Shown: positions 59,352-64,000 of the stretch, piece after piece
Position numbering within the stretch: the first letter of the stretch is position 1
How the letters are laid out: every line of letters starts with the position of its first letter
Assembly: GCA_948607205.1 (NCBI GenBank)
Contig: CAPERS010000001.1
Location: 2,522 to 66,521 of the forward strand
DNA: 64,000 nucleotides
Reading direction: 5' to 3'
Source: an uncultured Eubacteriales bacterium
GTDB taxonomy: Bacteria; Bacillota; Clostridia; Christensenellales; UBA1242
Translations under genes and position numbers: made by a program
Notes under the pieces: model-generated
What the model saw: only the letters and a program-made list of their open reading frames with translations
Database searches by the model: none
Told to the model about the DNA's origin: nothing

Positions 59352-60152
59352 TCAAGATAAAGATTGGCCTTTCAGCTTTTCAAATGCCTCTTCCACCACT
59401 TTTGAGATGTCAAAAGGTTTTTTATTGCCATTTATTGCAAACAAATATTCAATATTGCCAGCCTTGCCTTTTATTGAAGAATAAGTCAAATCGCAAACTT
59501 CATAGCCAAGACCGTTGAGATATAAAACAAAGTCCCTGAGCAATGAGATATGCACCTTTTTGTCTTTGATAACACCCTTAAAGCGTTTTGCAAGTTCCTT
59601 TCCGCACTCAAATTGAGGCTTGAAAAGCATATAAATCTCGGCTTTTTGACCAAAAAACTCCTTAATTTTAGGAAAAATATGCCTAAGCGAGATAAAAGAT
59701 ATGTCACCAATCACAATTTCAGCGTCGGATATGAGTTTTTTGTCTACTTCACGAAAATCGGTATTTTCAAGGTTGACTACATTTGGATTTTGCACCAAAC
59801 TTTCGTCAAGTTCACCACTTCCAACATCAAGTGAATACACCTTTTTTGCACCGCTAAGCAGTGCGATTTGGCTAAATCCACCAGTTGACGCACCAATATC
59901 CAGCACAATTTTGTCATAAAAGTCAATTCCAAAGGCATCTTTTGCCTTCAAAAGTTTATACGCACCACGCGAAACAAAGGCGTCGCCTTCTTTAATTTCA
60001 ATGTTATCATTTTCGCCAACTTTTGTTGAAACTTTTTGGCAAACTTTGCCATTGACAAAAACTTGCCCGCTTGATATCGCACTTTGAGCCTTCTCTCTCG
60101 ATGTAAATTTGTTAGTTTTAACCAAAAAACTGTCAATACGTATTTCTTCCAT
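59352..60152 (-). CDS. tlyA: TlyA-family rRNA 2'-O-methyltransferase with S4 domain
   Basis: MEEIRIDSFLV...S4-like N-terminus, RGAYKL, LDIGASTGGF SAM motif, 266 aa. Confidence 0.85.
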   Translation of the reverse strand: MEEIRIDSFLVKTNKFTSREKAQSAISSGQVFVNGKVCQKVSTKVGENDNIEIKEGDAFVSRGAYKLLKAKDAFGIDFYDKIVLDIGASTGGFSQIALLSGAKKVYSLDVGSGELDESLVQNPNVVNLENTDFREVDKKLISDAEIVIGDISFISLRHIFPKIKEFFGQKAEIYMLFKPQFECGKELAKRFKGVIKDKKVHISLLRDFVLYLNGLGYEVCDLTYSSIKGKAGNIEYLFAINGNKKPFDISKVVEEAFEKLKGQSLS

Positions 60153-60261
60153 ATAAAAATATTTTAATCCAAAAACAAAAAAGAACCAAGCAAAATCGCT
60201 CGATTCTTTGATTTTTACATATATTTAATAGTTTTTGCAATTGTTTTTAATTCTAAATTCT

Positions 60262-61896
60262 CTATTCAAGTGAAATGAGATAGTAATAAACTGGCTGACC
60301 GCCATACGCAGAAGTCACTTCGCAGTCAGGATACTTCTCGGCAAGTTTTTCGCAAAGTGCAGTCGCCTCTTCTTCGCGGATATCTTCGCCATAGAAAAGT
60401 GTGATGTTCATGGTATCTTCAGTGATAAGTTTTTCAACAAGGCGCTCAGTTGTGTCAGACACAAGTTTGCCTTTTGCAAGAATTGCCTTATCGTCAAGGC
60501 CGATGATTTCACCAACTGCAAGGTCAAAACCGTCAACATGAGTGTCACGAACGGCATAAGTCACAGATGCAGACTTCACGCCTTTGATTGCGTCGTTCAT
60601 TGCCTCAGTGTTCTCTTCAACGCTTCCATCTGGGTTGAAAGCAATGGCGCAAGTGATGCCCTCTGGCACACTCTTTGTGCCAATCACAATGAGGTTTTTG
60701 TTTGTGAGGTCGTTTGCTTGATTAGCAGCAAGGATGATGTTCTTGTTATTTGGGAAAACAAAGACATTTCTTGCAGGCACTTTATCAGCAGCGGCTGCAA
60801 TGTCAGCAGCACTTGGGTTCATTGTCTGTCCACCAACGATAATCTCATCAACGCTAAGGTCTTTGAAGATAGCGCTAAGTCCGTCGCCCGGAGCAACAGC
60901 AATCATGCCAATTTCCTTGGTTTCTTCCATGATATTGGCTTTTTTCTTGAGTTCTCTGTTCTGCTCACGCATGTTTTCAATCTTAATATTATAGATTTCA
61001 CCAAGTTCAAGCGCATAGCCAATGGCTTTGTTTGGCTCGTTGGAGTGAACGTGAACTTTGACAAGATTTAAGTCACCAATGCAGATAACAGAATCGCCAA
61101 TCGCCATAAGTTTCTCACGGAGTTTGTCGATGTCTGCCTCAGTTGTCTTTTTCTTCATGTGGATTATCATATACTCAGTGCAGTAACCAAATTCGATATC
61201 GCCAAGCGCATTGATGTCAGCAATAACGTCATCAACAGATTGAGGTGCTTTTTCGTCTTCGAATTGGAATTCAAAATCTTCCTCGCCCATGATGAGTTTA
61301 TAAAATCCAGTGAAAATAACAATAATTCCCCTTCCGCCAGCGTCAACAACGCCCGCTTTTTTGAGAACTGGAAGCATTTCAGGTGTCTGTTTGAGGATTT
61401 CTTCACCAGTGTCAAGAACTCGCTTGAAAAATTCTTCAAAGTTATCGCACTTCTTTGCAACATTGACAGCGTTTTCAGCCATAACACGAATGACAGTGAG
61501 GATTGTTCCCTCTTTTGGCTTGGTCACTGCCTTGTATGCAATGTTAGCACCTTCTTGCATAGCTTTGGCAAAAACTTTTGTAGTGATTTCATTTGCCTTT
61601 TTTATCTCACTGCAAAAACCTTTGAAAATTTGAGATGTGATAACACCACTGTTTCCTCTCGCACCTTTGAGAGCACCTTTGGCAAAAGCCTCGCTCAGCG
61701 CGTCTAAATCATTTGTGATACATTTTGAAACTTCACCAACAGCAGACTTCATCGTGAGGAACATGTTTGTTCCAGTGTCTCCATCAGGAACAGGGAACAC
61801 ATTGAGTGAGTCCACATATTTCTTATTTTGCTCTAAAAGCCCAGCACCAGCAACAATCATCTTGCGGAATGTTGCGCCGTTAATTGTCTTAATCAT
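60262..61896 (-). CDS. yloV: DAK2 domain fusion protein YloV
   Basis: FPVPDGDTGTNM DAK2 motif, 544 aa, downstream of the asp23-like gene as in Bacillus yloU-yloV. Confidence 0.85.
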   Translation of the reverse strand: MIKTINGATFRKMIVAGAGLLEQNKKYVDSLNVFPVPDGDTGTNMFLTMKSAVGEVSKCITNDLDALSEAFAKGALKGARGNSGVITSQIFKGFCSEIKKANEITTKVFAKAMQEGANIAYKAVTKPKEGTILTVIRVMAENAVNVAKKCDNFEEFFKRVLDTGEEILKQTPEMLPVLKKAGVVDAGGRGIIVIFTGFYKLIMGEEDFEFQFEDEKAPQSVDDVIADINALGDIEFGYCTEYMIIHMKKKTTEADIDKLREKLMAIGDSVICIGDLNLVKVHVHSNEPNKAIGYALELGEIYNIKIENMREQNRELKKKANIMEETKEIGMIAVAPGDGLSAIFKDLSVDEIIVGGQTMNPSAADIAAAADKVPARNVFVFPNNKNIILAANQANDLTNKNLIVIGTKSVPEGITCAIAFNPDGSVEENTEAMNDAIKGVKSASVTYAVRDTHVDGFDLAVGEIIGLDDKAILAKGKLVSDTTERLVEKLITEDTMNITLFYGEDIREEEATALCEKLAEKYPDCEVTSAYGGQPVYYYLISLE

Positions 61897-61905
61897 ATTT
61901 AACTC

Positions 61906-62256
61906 CTAAACCCTAACACCAACAACATGAACATTGACAGCGTCAACAAGCATGCCAGTGAAGTTCTCAACGCTATACTTCACCGCTTTGCGAAGTGACT
62001 CAGCCACCGCACTGATAGACACACCGTATTTTAAAATACAGTAAACATCAATGAAGATTCTGTTGTCGATATGACTTATCTTGATTCCTTTGGAATAAGA
62101 TTCTTTTTTCATTAATTCTTTGGCGCTGTCCACGAGGGACTTTGAAACAAGGTCAACAACGCCATAGCAGTCGAGAACGGTATAGCCAGCCACAACTCGA
62201 ATAGAATTGTCGCTGATTGAAATATTGCCATAGTAGTTATTGGTATCGACTGTCAA
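61906..62256 (-). CDS. Asp23/Gls24-family envelope stress protein (YloU-like)
   Basis: 116 aa. ISDNSIRVVAGYTVLDCYGVV and VNVHVVGVRV are typical of Asp23. Confidence 0.85.
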   Translation of the reverse strand: MTVDTNNYYGNISISDNSIRVVAGYTVLDCYGVVDLVSKSLVDSAKELMKKESYSKGIKISHIDNRIFIDVYCILKYGVSISAVAESLRKAVKYSVENFTGMLVDAVNVHVVGVRV

Positions 62257-62451
62257 ACTTTTGACCCCCTAAATATATTTCGCCTATATTAATATACAAT
62301 ACTTTTCCCAAAAACACAAACATTTTCGTTCAGTTGGAAAGAATTTTTTAAAAATTTATTGCGAGTTAAACATTTTTCTTCAAAAACAGTTGCTTTTTGC
62401 AAAAAAAAATGATATAGTTAAGTGCAATAGAAATGAATATGGAGGATTATT

Positions 62452-62634
62452 ATGAGCAGAACATGTGAAGTATGCGGAAGAGGAAAGGCATCAGGCAAAA
62501 ATGTTTCTTTCTCAAACCGTAAGTCAAACAGAACTTATGAACTTAACTTGCAAAAAACAACAATGGTTGTTGACGGCAAGGAAAAGAGCGTTAGAGCTTG
62601 CACAAAATGCATTAAATCAGCAAAGGCAAACTAA
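62452..62634 (+). CDS. rpmB: 50S ribosomal protein L28
   Basis: MSRTCEVCGRGKASGKNVSFSNRKSNRTYELNLQ, 60 aa, GGAGG RBS. Confidence 0.93.
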   Translation: MSRTCEVCGRGKASGKNVSFSNRKSNRTYELNLQKTTMVVDGKEKSVRACTKCIKSAKAN

Positions 62635-62660
62635 GGTCGTTATTTAACGATATCTTTTTT

Positions 62661-62684
62661 AAGGCAGTTTAAACTGCCTTTTTT
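62661..62684 (+). terminator. rho-independent terminator after rpmB
   Basis: AAGGCAG-TTTAAA-CTGCCTT followed by TTTT. Confidence 0.7.
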
Positions 62685-62779
62685 CATGCAAAAATTCTAT
62701 TTCAGACTGTCGTCCAAAATAGTATATGCCACCGCATAGAATGTTATGTAATTAAGTTAAATCAAACGAAGATAAGAAC

Positions 62780-62884
62780 TTACGCCTCATCTTCGCTCTT
62801 TTGTTTGTTAACTCTTCTTCTTAAAAGTCTTGAAAGCCACTTTGGCGCTTTGATACATATGATTGTGAATTTTTGCTTTTCCAT
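62780..62884 (-). CDS. spoVM: candidate SpoVM-like sporulation micro-protein (34 aa; not in ORF track)
   Basis: Hand translation MEKQKFTIICIKAPKWLSRLLRRRVNKQKSEDEA. IKAPKWLSRLLR parallels B. subtilis SpoVM IKLPKFLGGIVR. Adjacent to rpmB/yloU/yloV as spoVM is in B. subtilis. No SD. An alternative in-frame ATG lies at 62902. Confidence 0.45.
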   Translation of the reverse strand: MEKQKFTIICIKAPKWLSRLLRRRVNKQKSEDEA

Positions 62885-62916
62885 ACTATGATATATGACC
62901 ATATGCGAAAATGTGT

Positions 62917-62950
62917 TAAAAAATTCACCCTGTCAAGAGTGAATTTTTGT
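62917..62950 (-). terminator. rho-independent terminator after the 62968 XRE gene
   Basis: Minus strand AAAATTCAC-TCTTGACAGG-GTGAATTTT followed by TT. Confidence 0.6.
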
Positions 62951-62967
62951 ATTTAAGTTTTATGTAT

Positions 62968-63201
62968 TTAATCGTCAATATTATCAAATATCGAATCATT
63001 GAAAAATTCTTGTAGAGATATATTCAATGTAGCGCAAATTTGATATACGGTTTCAGTGCTAACTCTTTTCTTTTTATTATTTATCACATCTGAAATAGTA
63101 GAACGAGGAACCCCGCCATATTTAAATAATGCATACTGAGAAAGATGTCTTTCATCTAAAAGAAATTTGACTCTCTGTGCAATCGCCTCTGTTAATTTCA
63201 T
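62968..63201 (-). CDS. XRE-family HTH regulator, 77 aa (paralog 1)
   Basis: GGVPRSTISDVINNKKKRVSTETVYQICATLNISLQEFF. 49 of 77 residues identical to the neighbouring paralog by my count. Confidence 0.7.
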   Translation of the reverse strand: MKLTEAIAQRVKFLLDERHLSQYALFKYGGVPRSTISDVINNKKKRVSTETVYQICATLNISLQEFFNDSIFDNIDD

Positions 63202-63221
63202 TTTTCACTCCTTTCCTAACT

Positions 63222-63245
63222 TAGTTCGCTATTTTGAATTATAAT
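63222..63245. promoter_or_regulatory. operator-like repeat copy A overlapping the -10 of the paralog-1 promoter
   Basis: TAGTTCGCTATTTTGAATTATAAT. Minus-strand TATAAT at 63238-63243 abuts the CGCTATTTTGAA core. Confidence 0.5.
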
Positions 63246-63299
63246 GTCTTTCAAATATATAACCGTCCGCCAGTCAGAGCATAAAGGATTAATATATAA

Positions 63300-63533
63300 T
63301 TAGTCGTCCAAATCTTCAAAGAAATCGCTTGTATAAAAATCTGCTAATGATATCCCCAAAGTAGAACATATTTGATATATAGTGTCAGAACTTACTTTTT
63401 TCTTTTTGACATTTAAAACATCTGATATCGTAGAACGAGGAATTCCTCCCACTTTAAATAAATAATATGGTTTTAAACCTTTCTCATTTAATAATTCTTT
63501 AACTCTTTCCGCAATAGCTTCCGTTAATTTCAT
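63300..63533 (-). CDS. XRE-family HTH regulator, 77 aa (paralog 2)
   Basis: GGIPRSTISDVLNVKKKKVSSDTIYQICSTLGISLADFY, AAGGAGGAG RBS. Confidence 0.7.
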   Translation of the reverse strand: MKLTEAIAERVKELLNEKGLKPYYLFKVGGIPRSTISDVLNVKKKKVSSDTIYQICSTLGISLADFYTSDFFEDLDD

Positions 63534-63551
63534 AACTCCTCCTTACAACCA

Positions 63552-63574
63552 TAGTTCGCTATTTAGAATTATAA
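63552..63574. promoter_or_regulatory. operator-like repeat copy B overlapping the -10 of the paralog-2 promoter
   Basis: TAGTTCGCTATTTAGAATTATAA, differing from copy A at a single position over the 23 nt they share. Confidence 0.5.
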
Positions 63575-63597
63575 AATTTTTCAAAAAATATTCCGTA

Positions 63598-63668
63598 CGC
63601 TATTTAGAACGCTTTACATATTTTAATTTAAGTGCTATGATAATATAAAATAGCACGCTATTTAGAAC
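63598..63668. promoter_or_regulatory. two further CGCTATTTAGAAC copies (C, D) upstream of the plus-strand SLOG-like gene
   Basis: CGCTATTTAGAAC at 63598-63610 and 63656-63668. Copy D sits in the inverted repeat AAATAGC-AC-GCTATTT (63648-63663). Confidence 0.5.
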
Positions 63669-63683
63669 ATATGTGAGGTCATT

Positions 63684-64000
63684 ATGAACGGAAAAATTTG
63701 TTTTATCGGTCATCGGAACTTTTTACCAATAGATATCGAAGAAAGATTAATCAATGTAATAAAAAATGTAATTGATAGTGGTTATAATTCTTTTATAATC
63801 GGTTCGCATGGAGAATTTGACCGTATGGCTTTATTGGCTTGCAAATTTCTTAGAAGAACTTACAAAAACATTGACATTGAAGTTGCAATAACTAGTGTAA
63901 CCCAAATAAATCCTATAATTATTGAAGATGAATTAGGAGTATGGCGTTCTTATAACCATATTTTTGAGGATGTCAAAACAATCATGTATGATATAGAAGA
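63684..64000 (+). CDS. SLOG-superfamily DUF1273/YpsA-like protein, partial (runs off right edge)
   Basis: GTGAGG RBS. MNGKICFIGHRNF...SGYNSFIIGSHGEFDRMALLACKFLRRTYKNIDIEV follows the GxR...G..GxFD...lk..yp.i.l pattern of DUF1273. Confidence 0.5.
   Translation, partial: MNGKICFIGHRNFLPIDIEERLINVIKNVIDSGYNSFIIGSHGEFDRMALLACKFLRRTYKNIDIEVAITSVTQINPIIIEDELGVWRSYNHIFEDVKTIMYDIE

Overview
AT-rich, low-GC Firmicutes (Clostridia-like, probably spore-forming) chromosome segment. About 80% is minus-strand housekeeping. It contains the str operon (rpsL-rpsG-[extra gene]-fusA-tuf), ligA/pcrA, holA/comEC, pepF, ileS with an Ile T-box leader and a large-type SRP RNA. It also contains nifS/nifU-trxA-tcdA, hslVU-trmFO-topA-dprA-comM, tsaC, def, tlyA, yloV/asp23 and rpmB. 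No rRNA, tRNA, CRISPR array, transposase or integrase was seen. Several accessory or unusual stretches stand out. (1) At 18.6-26.1 kb lies an intact, translationally coupled phage head module in P22-like order (small-terminase-like, Zn-ribbon, portal, scaffold, HK97-type capsid, connector-position genes, two holin-like genes). It has no large terminase, tail, lysin, integrase or replication genes. (2) A phage-type nucleoside-deoxyribosyltransferase-like gene is wedged between rpsG and fusA. (3) A G10/C10 homopolymer exactly fills the 17-nt spacer of a near-consensus promoter, followed by a GC-rich multi-hairpin leader, in front of an ABC exporter. This sits downstream of a LysR regulator and a tandem double-kinase gene. 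(4) Two unlinked small proteins are extremely Cys-rich. (5) One protein joins an RNxxxH (HEPN-like) N-terminal domain to a CBS pair. (6) A SpoVM-like 34-codon micro-ORF lies next to rpmB. (7) Tandemly duplicated XRE regulators share a 12-nt operator-like repeat next to a SLOG/DUF1273-like gene at the right edge. All family assignments come from motif recognition by eye and gene order, with no database search.
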